Shown: positions 36,201 through 51,200 of the stretch, one piece after another
Layout: each line of letters opens with the position of its first letter
Position numbering within the stretch: position 1 is the stretch's first letter
Made by a program: the position numbers and the translations under genes
Notes under the pieces: model-generated
Database searches by the model: none
The model's input: the letters and a program-made list of their open reading frames with translations, nothing else
What the model was told of the DNA's origin: nothing
Source: Callorhinchus milii
Lineage: Eukaryota
Direction: 5' to 3'
NCBI RefSeq assembly: GCF_018977255.1
Contig: NW_024704743.1
Location: 18,354,001 to 18,418,000, forward strand
DNA length: 64,000 bases

Positions 36201-39200
36201 TCTCCTGCAGGTCAGCCCCACTATATCTAGTACCAAAGCATAGCGCATTAAGACCTTCGGAGATATGAGATACTGGCTTGGATTCTGCAACTTCTCCTCC
36301 AAAAAATCTTGAATCATCTGAATGGATAAATTATTGTTCTGCTTTAGTTTTCGTTCCAAGTGTCCAGACGTTTCTAATTTATAAATTAAAGTCTCCATTT
36401 CTTGGCATTTGCTGTTGTCAGCATGTCCACATTCAGAGTTATTCAGCTTCTCTGTGTGATCACCAGTGGACAATGTTTGATCTGAACTGGGCAGCTTAGA
36501 CTGTTTCCAATCATCACGTTCATGGTGAGGGAAGCCTTCTAGTATCTGCATACACAAGAGAAAATGTTAGCCAGGCCACATTGGAAAACATATATACTAT
36601 TTTCAATATTTTTATCTTGAAAAAAAATTCAACATTCCTGAGTGATTAATAAACACATGAATATTGAACTTTATATCCAGTCAAAGACTTCTCATTGTTC
36701 TGATACTCCAGTGCAGTGCCTCCTGATCTGAAATGTAAATTAGTATTAATTTTGTATCGTATTCTTGGAGGTATAGTCTTTCAGTTGAGATGTTAAATTG
36801 ATATCCCACCTGCCTATTCAAAAGGGCCTTAAAAATCCCATGACAGTAATTGAAAAAGGCAATCCTTATGATGCAGTGAATAGCGTTGCAACGTACGGAT
36901 GAGAAGCTTGCTGGTTCAAATCCCATCTGTGCTGATTTTGATGGTCTCGACTGAGGCTAAATTGACCTCCTCCTCCCAGGATTAATGAAGGAAAAATCAA
37001 CCAGGGCCCTGGAGCTGCTCCCTCAGCAGCACCTTCTACTGCCATTACCGGGTATAGAGGGATCAAGCACACTGTGACACCCTCTAAATTTGAATGACCT
37101 CCTGACACTCACTGCTGAGATTCACACGTGAACAATGACCACTTGGGTGGGATATCTGAGGGCGACCAGTGTCCATGGAAACTGCACCCCAGTAAGAGGA
37201 GGCCAGACCAGGAGCATATGAAATTAGAAAAATAACTGGGCAAGCTAAATATATTTGAAAAACATTATTCGAAACGAGAAGGGAATTTCCCTGGTATCTT
37301 TGCTAACAATGTTCCGACTTGAGCAGAATCATGAAAAAATTGAAAATTTGGAAGGTAGCTAGAACTGACTTTCAATTTAAGACTTCATACAATACAATGT
37401 GGATTTACATAGTGCCTTTCACGTCCGGGAGACATCTCAACGTGCTTGACAATGCTGGGCACATGAGCTGATGGTGGCATAGCTGGGAATAACAAAAGAA
37501 TTTTCCGCAACTCTCCAATGTTACATTTTAGGTCACAATAGTCTTACAGGCGAAGTCTGGATAGAATTTCGGCCCTCAGAACTATCATGGACTGGTGCCC
37601 ACAGTGAAATTGACCAGAGCTGGTCACATTGCTAAAGGCTAGAGCAGACTGCTATTCAAAACAGTGCTTGTGAAAAATGACATCAAAACTTGCAGACCAA
37701 GCAAAATATAGTCAATCTTGATAAACTTCAAATAAACATCCTTCCTACAAGTTCCCAGGAGAGAGTTTTATTTAAAAACTGTTTGGAGGCAAGTACAAAA
37801 CTAGCCAATGGTAATTTGAGTGAAAACAAAGGGAGGCAGAAACAAGAGGAAAGTTTTAGAACAAGCAGAATTCAGGGTCATCTGACCGCCCATGCTATGA
37901 ATCTTCACAAGGGACCCTGTTTCTGGGTGAATTTCCCTCACTGGATGAAGACAATTTCTGTGTGTGTGTGTGCACATGTGTGTGACAGAGTGATATGTAA
38001 AAATAGAATACATTTCCCCACTTTTGTCATGGTGTCCGTGTCAGGCCATTCTGTACCATCATAGATGCAGAGTAAAGGTTTTTATGCTTCCTAACAATGA
38101 GCCTTAACTCCACTGTCACAAGAGTACTTCCACTTCCAGCTCGTCTCTTGGAATGAGATTGTTTGTTTAGTGAAAGAGAGCATAAAATGAATGGGTGATT
38201 AATATGGAGGTATTTTGGCCAGGCAATGTGATTACAATGGACAATAGGAAGTACATCCACTGTATGTGTTGTATTTGAATTGTAGTGGCATGGAGTGTAG
38301 CAGACGAAGCCGTAGTTCGTGACCAAAAATATAGATTTTAATAGGCCCAAGGCCACCAAATCAGGTAAACTCTATGCTTTCTTTTGAAGCAAGCAGCCTT
38401 ATTCTGATGCTCCTTGTCACTTGGCTGTGCCCCTGGTCAGCATGGAGTGTGCTGCCTGCCCCAGCCTCAATCAATTTCTCTCCAAGGTGCGAGGCCAAGA
38501 ATTCAGCGATCCTGGTGTTACCCCCTCAAGGACTATCCACTTGTGACCTCAGCCGGCCTCCCTCTGATTGCTCATTACATTGTTTCCTGATTCAATTCCG
38601 CGCTCACCAAGCACTAAACAAGATTAACTAGTAAGATCAGAAGCAGGTTCAGACACAAAGGCGCTAAATCTAATGGCATTCTGCTGCCTTACATTGGCAC
38701 TGAAGCCAAATAAAACAAGCCAATTTAAAGATAGCAGAACAACAATTAATAACAAGCCACAAGTTTCATTTGGGCATGCTGTCGAATTCGAGTTGCATGG
38801 TATGCAATACCAAAGATCACAGACAGTAACAGAAACCAATTAAAAATGTGGAACATTTCTATGCCAGTTCTAATCATGCAGCGTGCACAGTTGCACAAAA
38901 TGTTTTTATGCGTTCTATCCAGTTCTTCAGAACATTCATTAAGATGAGATGAAATGACTTGTTCCAAACTCTTAACAAGCAACTTGCAAAACATTGCTTC
39001 ATCAAGTGATCACTTCTTTCACAATCCGCTGATACTAAGCAACACATCATTAAAATTGCAACCTACCCAGTTAACGGTTTGAAAGCAGAAAGCGCCAGGC
39101 TGAAGCTTTGCAATTAGAAAATACCGCAGTCTTGAATTTGGTATGCCCAGCTACAATAAAACACATGTTAGCATCATTATAATGGTGAACAAATACAAAA

Positions 39201-42200
39201 TGACAGTTCCTGCAGAACTCAAAATTAAGTACTGTACAAGATTTGAACGAATGTGTGTTAAAATCTATACTAATAAAGACAAAACATCTGTCTGTCTGCC
39301 AAAAACACAATAACCGATTGATGCAGAGACATGATTTATGCCTTCTCGGAAAGTGTCCCCGCAGGAGTCCTCCCAAAAGGATATGTGTGCAAATATGTGA
39401 ACAAGGGATGCTAATGAGTTCAATGGCACATTTTCTTAATCTTAAGGAATAAAGATGCCTAAGTAGAGAAGTTCAAGTCTTTCAAGGACAAATAAAAATG
39501 CTAGACGAAAGAGAGAAGGCCGATTAAATGAAACTGTTTTCAAGTCAGCTGCAACAGGTACAGCCAGTAACATAATTGCTAGCAGAAAAAATGGGACAAT
39601 GACAAATATTATAGTGGCAATGAATACAAATGAAGGAGGTCATTTTGAATCTGTACAAGACATTGGTAAGGCTACAACTATAACATTTTGTGCAACTGTG
39701 CACACTGCATGATAGAAATATCAGAGGCATGTGTAACGTAGACTCACGAGGATGATACCAGCAAATACAATTATAATACTCTTCCAACTCTTCTCTCCAT
39801 AAACTGCAGAGTCCTGTAGCTCAGTGGTTAGAGCACTCATTTTGCAAGCGAGAGACCTGAGTACAATTCCAGGCAGAGGGCGAAACCTTGGGCAAGTTTC
39901 CTTACTCCACACGCCTAATAATAATCCCTCCAAAATCAAAAACAATAATAAATTGGTCATTTTCAATCTACGACTGTTTGTGGGACATTGCTGTGTGCAA
40001 TTGGCTGCCGCGTTCGCCCACAAATATACAGTCAATTCACTTTACAGTGTGTTCTGTGAAGCGCTTTGGGACGTCCGCCCGACGTGAAACGCAAGGATTA
40101 TTATTATTATTATTCAGAAGTTTGCAGCTCGTGTCCTCTCCCGCACTACGATCCTTGAGCCAATCACCCCCATCCTCGCCCGGCTTCACTGGTTCCCATC
40201 CCCCAGTGGATTAAGTTCAAGATCCTTAGCTTCACTTTTAAAGCCCTCCATGGTCTTGCTCTTCCACATTCATTGTTAATTAACCGTTAGAGTTGGAGTC
40301 ACTTTCCTGTGCAAACTATAGATTTGGAAATCCATTTTCTTCAGCACATTGAGGTCATTTATTTGCATCAACAAAATGGTGAACTGGACTTTATATGCTG
40401 GATATTTCCTAGGTCTAGTATGGTTGTAGTGTAATAGGTTATTAATCTTGTAGGAAAGCTTGGAACCAAACTCTCATAATTAATTAAATAAGTAACTTTT
40501 AACTTCTACTTTCATGTGACACCACATAGACAATAAAAAGGGACAAATGACTTCCTATTGTAGTGAACAATTCTGTATTTCCTTATTGCTATTAATTTAT
40601 TTCCTACTGTATTAATGGCAGTGTTGTCATCTGTGATGCTATGCATGGTTGAATAGCCTTTCACACTTTCACATGTTAAAAATGGTCCTGTCAATGTTAA
40701 AAATGGACATTTAAAAAAGTATTCTAACATGAGTCATTTTCTCCACAAAGAAAAGTGAGATAAATGTATCATGAATCTTTTTTTCAGATGTTAGAAACCT
40801 CATTGTATAGCTAGACAACGTCAAAGGATGCATTTTAGACAGATAAGTTGAAAGAAACTTGCTAGATAGTGTTTTCAATGGCTCGCTATTTGTTTTTTAG
40901 CTGGGGTCCCCAGGCCTTGGCTCTTGTCAACCTGTGCCTAATTACTCTCTGAATTTAGGTAAGCAGGGAGCATGACTCCAGATCAAAACATATCAGGAAG
41001 TTTAGAGATTCCTCCATCAAGTGGTGACCCTGTATATCAGTAATTACTAAACTACACAAATAGCATTTCCGAGATCTATCACTGAAAGAAATTGTTGGTC
41101 CAGTCCGGAAAGCAATATATTTGTATTCACAAGTCTATTTCACAAAACAATAAAATATAGTTGCAAGGTTCTTTAGCGGTACTCATTTTAGAAAGACTAC
41201 AAACACAGGTAAGATGTCAGCCCATTTGATACATCTACTTACACATGTTGGAGTCAGAAGGAATTCCTGGTAATTGTACCCACAGCTCTCCAGTGTCTGT
41301 ATCAATTTATCTCTGCAGAAAACAACCAAAATTAGAATGTTACATCGTATATTAAATGTTTAATGAAATTCAAGTGACACAGAATGCTTTAAGATGATCG
41401 TTTTTGAAGAATCAATTTAACATCAGCCCTTTTTACGAGACAGAATTACTCAAATGATTCAAATGACATCAAACCAAAGCTTATAACTCCAAAAATAACA
41501 ACTGTGAAAATAGAATATCTTCATGCTTTGTGTATGTTTGGACGGTTAATCATTTGGTTAAATGGATGCTGAGTGTTTTACCGCATTTCCAAGTGGGATT
41601 GAGGGGAGGAGGAGTTATTGGCAGGTTACCAAGCTCATTAACAGAATGAACAACTCGAGGATAAAATTCTCACCGCCACTAATACTACAATAACCGATGT
41701 GATGGGAAATTCTTCATTAGTGGAGAATCATTTTAACCATGAATAATGATTCCATTCTGCTGCACTGCGCTCGGATTGTTGAATGAGACGTGACTTATTA
41801 TCCATGCATGACTACAGATACAAGAGAGGATGCAAGATGAAGGTTGGTGGTTTACGCTTATTATACCAAATTATCCAACTGCATAATTCACAAACAATGA
41901 GGTCAATGCATGTACCAATGCTCTCCATTTCCACTTGTGTTTTTTTTCCACCTAGGTAAAGGAAGTGAATACCAGGAAATAGAACATGGAGCATCAAGCA
42001 CACTGAACATGCAAAAACATGGTCAGAAAAGCACCTGCTAGCTGCATCTATGTAACATTTCAATTTGCTTTTCGTCTGCGTGACAGACTACCCAATATAC
42101 GGCCTTGAATTCCAACCTGGTGTTGGCCTATTAACCAAGATCATGCTCACGGGAACACAGCTCTGAAAAGTAGATTGTGTTAAAGTGGAATTTCCATGAG

Positions 42201-45200
42201 TGGTAGTGATGAACTCCCAATTTCTTAATAAGAAATCTTATTGGTCAAAAGACCAAGAACATATGTTTAGCAAAAAAGGAAACATACCTAGCAACAGAAG
42301 TTTCAAATCCCTTGACGTTTTCTAGAAGAATATATTTTGGTGTCTTTGAAAGTCTGAAGAAAACCAAAGATAGTAACTTTCAGAATTTTTTTTGGATTCT
42401 GGTTTTCATTAGCTCCCATTAATGTGAATGGTTTATATTTAGCAACAAGCATTGATGAAACTCTTTAGAATTAAAATTGACTGCAAAGTGTACAACTGCA
42501 AATTTTGTGTTAAAACATTTAATTCAAGGTTCTAAATATACAAACCAAGCTCAATAACAGCAACATCTGTGTTTTTCCTAGGCAACACAGACTAGAACTA
42601 TAAAAACTAATTTAAAGACAGTCAGAAATAGGCGGTAACACTTCTTGTGAATATTCACAAAAATCATTAAAACTGGATTTGTTCATCAAATAAATCTACG
42701 AAAAAAATCACATTATTATCGCAGAACTGTATTACAATTTGCTTTATGATAATGCTGGTTTTCTTGTAGTAGATTGAGGTCTCCCAACATTTAGTTAGCC
42801 AAATAAATCAATATTGCGCATGCTGGCTCCATCAGTGCTTCAAAATGCTGGCTGGCATGTGGGTCCACTTCTGGGTCATTTGGTCACTGTTGACATCATG
42901 ATGAAGTGACATTGAGGGTTACCTAATACCCCAAAGGGTGTCATTTGGCTTCCGATGCATTGGTTGGTATTTTGAATAGAGCCAGTCAATAGATTCAATA
43001 GAGCCAGTGATTTTTCTGCACACATGCGCAGAGAATGCAGAAGCACTGACTGATGATTTTGCGCCAGTATAGCAGTGATTGGGATTTTGTGGATCCCGAC
43101 TATAGTGCTGTAATTCAACTCTGCTGTAAATTAATAATAATGGCTATTAGATGACCAGCAAAAAAATCTATTTGGTTAATATGTCCATTTTTCAGTATTT
43201 TTCGTTTTAACAAGCAATTAACTTCTTTTGAATGGTCTTGCAGTAAAACTGTGCCTCTTGCTGAGTTTTCACAACTCAGGGAACCTATCATCATCTAATT
43301 AAATAAGACATTTACTACACTTAGAATTAGCTTTGAAAATGTGTTCTTTAGCTGTGCTGCATGATGTAATGCAGCGCAGTAACAAACAAACTGGTTAAAG
43401 AGGGGAGCTCCATGCAAACTACAGTATTGTGAGACAAATGGGTTTGAAGCAACAACTTTTTTTACAATATTTTCTACTCATTTACCATCTAGCGCTTATG
43501 TGTTTGCTAAAAGAGCCTTTTCTAATAAGCATAATGTCGTTGTTTTTGTTGTTGATAATGGTATGCTGACAAATGTATACAAACCTTGGAAGTATGTCAA
43601 GGATATACAAAAAACTCTTTGTCCTAGGATCCAATACATCCTTTTGTGACCCTATTCTGTTTGAAAGATAAACACACACTGTTAGACTTTTGTAACAGGA
43701 ACTTGATAGAGCTTGTCTTTGAAACATTGCAAGACGGGGTTTGGGGTCCAGAACATTCCAGCCGCCTTACACCAGGGCACGATGGTGAGCGGCCGTCACA
43801 TTGTGTTGGCGCTGATCACACAACTGGTGATATTACTGACCACATAATGGATGAGGTCACTGGCAAGTGTTGGTGCGCACAAAACTGTCCGGCTCCATCA
43901 GCCCACGACGCTGGTTAATCCACAATACTTCAAAATAACGCCATTCAACTACCTGTCAAATATACTCGACTTGACAACATCAACGTCCTGCTCGTCAGCC
44001 TTCCCAACTCTTCCCATCCACAAGCTGCACATTATTCAGAACTCCGCAGCTCGTGTCTCCAAACCGATCACCCCCTCCTTGTCTGGCTTCACTGGCTCCC
44101 CATCCCTCAGAGAATTGAGTTCAAAACCCTTGTTCTCTCCTTCAAAGCCCTCCATGGTCTGGCTCCCCCCACCTCTCCGACCTCATATCCCATATCAGCC
44201 TGTCCGTGTCCTCCGCTTGGCAGACACCGACCTGCTCCAGGTCCCCTGCACTTCCCGCCCCACCCATGGAGGTCGGGCATTCAGCATCTCTGCCCCCACG
44301 CTCTGAGGTCTATCCCACAATCCCTCCACCTCACCCCCTCTCGTGCCTCCTTCAAGTCCCGTCTAAAGACCTTCCTCATCGACCGTGCCTTCGGCCATCC
44401 TCCCACCTCCACCCACCCTGCCCTCCACCCCTCCTGACCCCCAACTCCCAGCTCGGGTCCAAATCCCTGATTGTCCAGCATCCCGGGACGTCATTCTGAC
44501 GTGAAGGGCGCTATACAAGTGTCATTTGTTGTTGTTGACACAGAACCATAACAGTTTACTATCTGTTTAGGGCCATTCTCCTGCCAAGCACTGTACAAGG
44601 ACATCAGGAAAGCACTGAACAAGAATAGTATAGATACCAGGGAGAAGGCGAACAGACCACCCGTTGGTCACCTCCCCAAATACAGCTTTTTCATATTTTA
44701 GCTTTCAAAACAGTACAAAATTTTCTATCAATTAAGCTTTTTTAATAGTTAAATACTGAATGCCATCTTTAAATTCTCAAAGAGCTATTGAGTGATTTAA
44801 ACTCATAATATAATTTTCCTAACTCTATTCTAATTTATAAAGGAAGGATTGAACTTCAAATGAGCTACTTTTTTAAAAAATTGAAGAACCTAATTATAAT
44901 AATTCTTGCATTTAATATAGCTCCTATAATGCTGAAATATCTCAAAGCACTTCAGTGGAAATTGCTGTCAAGTATAGTATCTATATTTGTAGTCAGATGG
45001 GACAGCCAATTTGTGCACAACAGTGTCCCACAAATAGCCAAGTAGTAAATGACCAATTTATCAGAAGAATCATTGGTAGGATTTAATGGGGTAGGGATCC
45101 ATTCTAAACATGGGAATTTCCATGGGGGAAACTCAATGGAATTCATAGATGTAGTTGGAATGAATGGCACTTTGTTTGAGTTGGATACTCTGAAGCATGG

Positions 45201-48200
45201 TGATGGGTTTCTGCATGTGTCAAACAGACACACGGCTGACCAAAAACAAAAATCAGAAGAACTGTTGGCCAGAACACCGAGAGTACCATGGGACCTTCAA
45301 CATCTATCTAAACAGGCAGACAGTATCTCGGTTAACATCTCATCCACACGGTAGTATCTCTGACAATCCAGTGACCACCCTCAGCGATGCACTGGAGCTT
45401 TAAACTAAAAATTTCCAAGTTCCTGATGTGTGGTTTGATCTCACAACCTTTTGACCAAGAGGCGAGTGTGCCAATTGAGCCAAGCTGACAGGTCCACAAT
45501 GCAGGTCCACCAAGTGATAAAGTTAGGAGAGAACAAGTAGAAACAAGAAATCAAAAATGATGATTAAATGAGTCATTCACTTTACAGTTTTGCAAACCAA
45601 ATATGTTTAAGGTCAAAGTGCTTTTCAACTTTCGACATTTGATTTTAATACAATTAAGTAATTCAGCTACACTGAGTCTCTAACAGCAATTAAAAGGGAA
45701 ATTAGATAAATTCTTGAGTAAAAGAAAACGGTTTGTTAGTCATGCTCCGCCACTGTCAAGCACTCTGGGACTCTACCCTGCATGAGGACTGCTATATAAA
45801 TGCAAGTTGTTGTTGTGATATTAAAATGTATAGGAAAAGGGATTAGAGAGCTCCAAGCATAAGCAAAAGGCACAGACAGAAAACGTGACTGGCTACCTTT
45901 GTGTGTTGTAAACGTTTGATGTTTCAACTACCATTTTGTTTGGCAAAATTGCATTCATCTTTAGCATGGAAATTTAAATTTGATTTTCTCTACACATTAA
46001 CATGCTTGTCTACCATGTGTTATTCATTAACCCATCAGATTACAGGGAACAGTTAATAGTGATCCGTGGGTTGACACTGTACCTTGTGTACGTGCAATAG
46101 ATGTGCAGTACATATAATAGAGCGTTTGCTACTTCAATTGTTAGAAGCATCAAGAACAGTTCGTTGCACAATTTAATCAATCAGTAACTTTGAAGCACAT
46201 TGAAGCACAGTAACTTTAGTCTTAAGTCCAATGTTTGCTGCCTATTATTCTACATAGTATAAATTCAGCATCAGAAATTTATATCACTCAAGTTGTTAAT
46301 ATTCAATAGAAAATGTATACTGCAAATGAAAAAGCTACCCAACAGCAATGACAACAATAACAACTTGCACTTATATAACGCTCTCCACGCAGGGTAGCTT
46401 CTCAGAGCACTTAAAATGTTTAGTATCAACTGAAGACACTAAGTAAGTTTGAAGAATACAGTAAAAATGTCTTAAGGGATATTTTTGTTCTAGTGGCAAA
46501 TAATTTTAATATAGAGATGTTTTGCCAATGGTAAATACTTGAGACATCCTCCTGACAAGAAAGGCACGATATAAATGTAAATTTGCGTTGGAGTTGATTG
46601 TCTTGTCTACACAATCTTTTCACTTTCCTCAGTTTCTGTCTTGGTAAGAAAATCTGGTAATTTCTGCCTTAATTATGGAGTGGGAAAGCCAAATGGGAAA
46701 AAAAGTTTACAGCTAACAGATGTAACTCATCCAAAAATGCTATTTCTTTTTTCTCTAACAGAAATAGAATAGATGTACTCAAGATCGTTATGACATAGTG
46801 TAATAATAAAACAATCCGAGAGTTTGAGATGAAAAAGGCTTATTTAATTCCACCCTTCTAATTGTACCAGCATCATCATGTAGAGCTCTCAGATAAGTTA
46901 AGTTTTAAAACGATACTGAACTTATTTGGCAATATTGTGAAACTCACTGCTGGAGGCAGCTGTGGTAAAGACAGAAAGCATCAACACAAAGAGGAAACTT
47001 GATACATACATAAGAGAGAATGAAAAAGAGGGTTAAGGGAGAGGACATCATAAGTGATGGATAAGTTCACGTGGAGTATAAACACAGGTGTTTACTGGTT
47101 GGGCCAAATGACTTGTTTTGTGTGCTGTAATGTTCTACATAATTTTCATTGGAGAAATAACTTGCGCACATCTAAATTATTCATGTGTTAGCTTAAGAAC
47201 AGGCTGGAAGATTTTAAGGATAAAAAAGACAGAGATCAAATATGTTATGGAACACCATGCCTCTTGTACTGATCGATGTGTGATTTGTAATATTTAGGAT
47301 TGAATTGATATCCTGAACATTTTGAAAGCCCTTATAATTTATTGTACAATTTCTACCTTTTCCTTCCAATCCTGATGATGATTGATATCATCAGCTCCTC
47401 TGTTCCCACTGATTCCAACTGCCCCTTTGTTACCACCGATACTACCTGTTGTAACTCAACTGTTATAACCTCTGTTATCTTACCTGAAGGGTCTATCTTC
47501 ATGTCAGAGCCTGCACCGTCACTCACTGTCAACGCTCAATTCAACTGTTTAGAACCAGGCATAATTCTATGCACAATTCGCATTCACACTAGCAATTCCA
47601 GCCAGTCACTGGACAAGTCTCAGTGAGAAACGTTCAGAACATCAAGCTAAACTAAAATTCATGTTGCAAAACTTCACTTGGTGTTAGATGTTATAGATTT
47701 TAAAATTAGAAATTCATTATTCAGCACCTCGTAAATGGCTGGCAAGGAGGACTCATGAGGATCATATCGAAGTCCAATCGATTGAAATCATCCAGTGTCA
47801 TACCCTGAAAAGAAATAACAAGATATATATTACAAGTACAACAATCTATTAAACAGTAGATATAAGTCTGACTCGTTGTTGGGAGGGAAGAAGAGAAGTG
47901 GGTATTGTGTTAAACTGGATGAGACATGTCAGTAGAATACTTTCCAATCATCATGGCCAGAATGAACACCAGGCAATTTCAGATATAGAAGGATTAGATG
48001 TGGGACAAAGTTCCTGTTAAAAAATGTCAAAATACACCTGAACGTCAATCTATGATCTGAGTGAATATGTCAATTCAGGACAAATTAAAACTGAATTATG
48101 GCTATTTGGAGCTCAATTGAGATGCCCAGACTGTTTTCACATAAAATCTTTACATTGATCATAAAAGACATTTTTGGCACACAAATGTGCACATATCAAA

Positions 48201-51200
48201 TCTATAACGTAAAGCACAATGTTCTAACTCTTGAGATAATGTGAATGGGATGTGGCCATATCATCTATTTGTATGTAAAAATTTCGAACTTCGTACATAT
48301 TTAGATTTTTCCTGAATATAATTTATTCCACATTTCTCCTGAAGGCAATGATTCATGTCAGAGTTAGGTCCCACGGTGCCAGCAGCCCTCTGAGACATTG
48401 TCGATTAAGTCATTCTTTATAGGTGGGCCTGGATAATGAATGTTGGCAAACTATTCAACCATGGAGTATCACAGTCAGTTCTCTGAAGTTCACATAAATG
48501 CCCTTTCAGTTACAGATTGCAATCGAGAGGAAACGGTGCTGAATTTTCTCCTTCAGAACTAAGGCCATTGCTAGCCAAATTGAGATCAACTAACTCAGGA
48601 TTGGCTAGGAATTTAATCTCAGACTATTAAGGTCTTTTTTATATAATAAAAAATAATAATTAGAATCCTTGCCTTTGATTTAATGACTTGTTGCGTCATT
48701 GAGACATCCCAAGGCGCTTCACAGAATATATTGTATAGTGGAATGACTGTGTATGTGTGTGCAAAATGCAGCAGTCAATTGCACACAGCAGTGTCCCAGT
48801 TGTGGATTAAATGACCAATTTTTTTTGAGGGATTATTACCCCTGGAGAGCAATCTGCCCAATCGACCAACAACTGAGTTCCTACTTACTACTAGGTAAAC
48901 AGAAGTGTGTGAAGTAATGAAACTTGCCTAAGGTTTCACCCCAGATGGGAATCAAACCCAGGTACTCTCTCAAGCTAGCCAATACACTATGGGACTCCAC
49001 ATCCACAAAGCAAATCCCTGGGTACTTTTCAGGATCTATTTTTGGTGATAAAAATGTGAAAAAATTGGGGGAGTAAGTGGTTTGGGAGTAACCTGATATA
49101 AAAAGTTAGCAATCCTGTGCATATGCACAACCAGATTTACACTGTTCCCGCAAACTGAACCATCAGCAGAAAAAACAAATTAGTTAATTTGGACATGTTG
49201 AAATTACGTTCTGGAGAAAACAATAGATTTCACTGATTGATATTCAGAAAAAAATATTGAAAAAGGAATTGGTGAAACTCAATCTTAAGACATTTTTACT
49301 GCATAAACGATTGCATTAAGGAACAGTGCAGTCCTCCAGTTATCCTGCACTGCTTATTTTGGCACCAGAGAAAAAGGACTTCAAAGTTTCCAATTAGCAA
49401 AATATTGTACAGGAAATGTGCAACGTTTTCAACAACAAAGAAATGGAGCAAAATGCTTACTGTGCAAATGTTCTCCAATTCCATTTGTGTACTTTTATGA
49501 TCAGCAGCATGACAACAATTAGATTTTATAAGCATGCAGTAAAGCTTCGAACTCAAGGCCCAATGTTCCTAATGCTTGATTTTGGTTATCTCAGGATTAT
49601 GTCTCACCATGACAAAGTTCATGTTGTTGCATGAATTTGAGCTGTTGCAACAATATTTTCAGTGAAAATGAAATATATTGTGGTGGGCATCGGGTGTTGA
49701 ACTGTGAGGAAGAGGTCAAGCTCCCCCAACATGAGGGCACGTTGGCTGAGCATACCTCCTGGTGGTCAGGTTGAACTCAGAAGCCCCATAAACCTGCTGG
49801 AGAATGTAGGCAAAGCCCTGAGTGTGGACCTCTAAGAATCTTGCCAACACCAAGGTGAGTTCAAAGAGTGAGAAGGCATATGCCAAGGGAAGGGCACAGA
49901 GACTCAGGCCACAGTGCAATCTATTGCCCAGGATTATTGAGTAACTATTACATATATTTATATATAGCGCCCTTCACACAGGGTAGAGGGGTCCCAGGGC
50001 ATGAAGTGATTCGTAAATGATTGTGAGGATCTTGAAGTTAATCTGTTCTGTAATAGGGAGCAAGTGGAGCCTGACAAGGACTGGGTGGTTGGGATACAGA
50101 GTTTGGTGCAGGTATGTACACAGTGATGGAGTTTTGAATTAGTTGGATTTTGTGGAGCTGGGGAAATCGGCAATTGGGGCATTGGAATCATCGAGATGGG
50201 AGATGACAAAAGCGCGGATGAGGAGTTTGGGTTGTGTTACACATTAATCTCTGAAAATGGAGCATGTAGCAAAAACGTTTGGGAACCTCTGGCCTAGTCT
50301 ATGTGAGTCCAAAGTCTAAAGTGAGTTTGAGTTAGGAGTTACTGCAGAATTAGTTTTTCCAACAGGTAGTTCAGTTTAATTCTTCTTATTCCTGCTAAAT
50401 AATGATTGCTTAATACCCATACACCTTGGGCAAATTTTCTTACTCCACATGCCTGATAATAATCCCTCAAAAAAATAATAAATTTGTCATTTCAATCCAC
50501 GACTGTTTGTGGGACACTGCCGTGCGCAATTGGCTGCCGCATTTCGCTCACAAATATACAGTCAATTCACTTTAGTCTATTCTGTGAAGTGCTTTGAGAC
50601 GTCTAGAAGATGTGAACAGCGCTATATCAAATGCAAGGATTATTATTTTGTTATTATTTATACACTTCAACCTGCTACAATATATACGAAGAGAAATACA
50701 AACAACTGTTTGTCACTGGGCTGGAAAATGTAGAAATCTACAAAGGCAGGACCCTTCCATTTGAATTGTCTAATCTGGGCATGTTTCCAGTTGGGTTTTA
50801 ACAAGAAGGGCCATTCCTCATGTTGAAAGAAAGTGAAGCTTGCAGTGTGTTGGACATGTTGACCTTTAAGAAATAATTAATAATCTACTTCCAAGCTCTA
50901 AAATCGTAACCGCTGCCAAGATAAGATATAGTGGAGTCCTGTAGTTCAATGGTTAGAGCACTCGCCTCACAAGCAAGAGACCTGGGTTCGATTCCCGGCA
51001 GGGTGAAATGTTGGGCAAGTTTCCTTACTCTACACGACTCTGTTTACCTAGCAGGAAGTAGGAACCCGGTTGTTAAGTCATTTGGTGGATCACTTTTCTG
51101 GGCGTAATAATTCCTTCAAATAATAATAAATTGTCACTTCAATCCATGACTGTTTGTGGGACACTGCTGTGCGCAATTGGCTACCGGTTTTCGCCCACAA

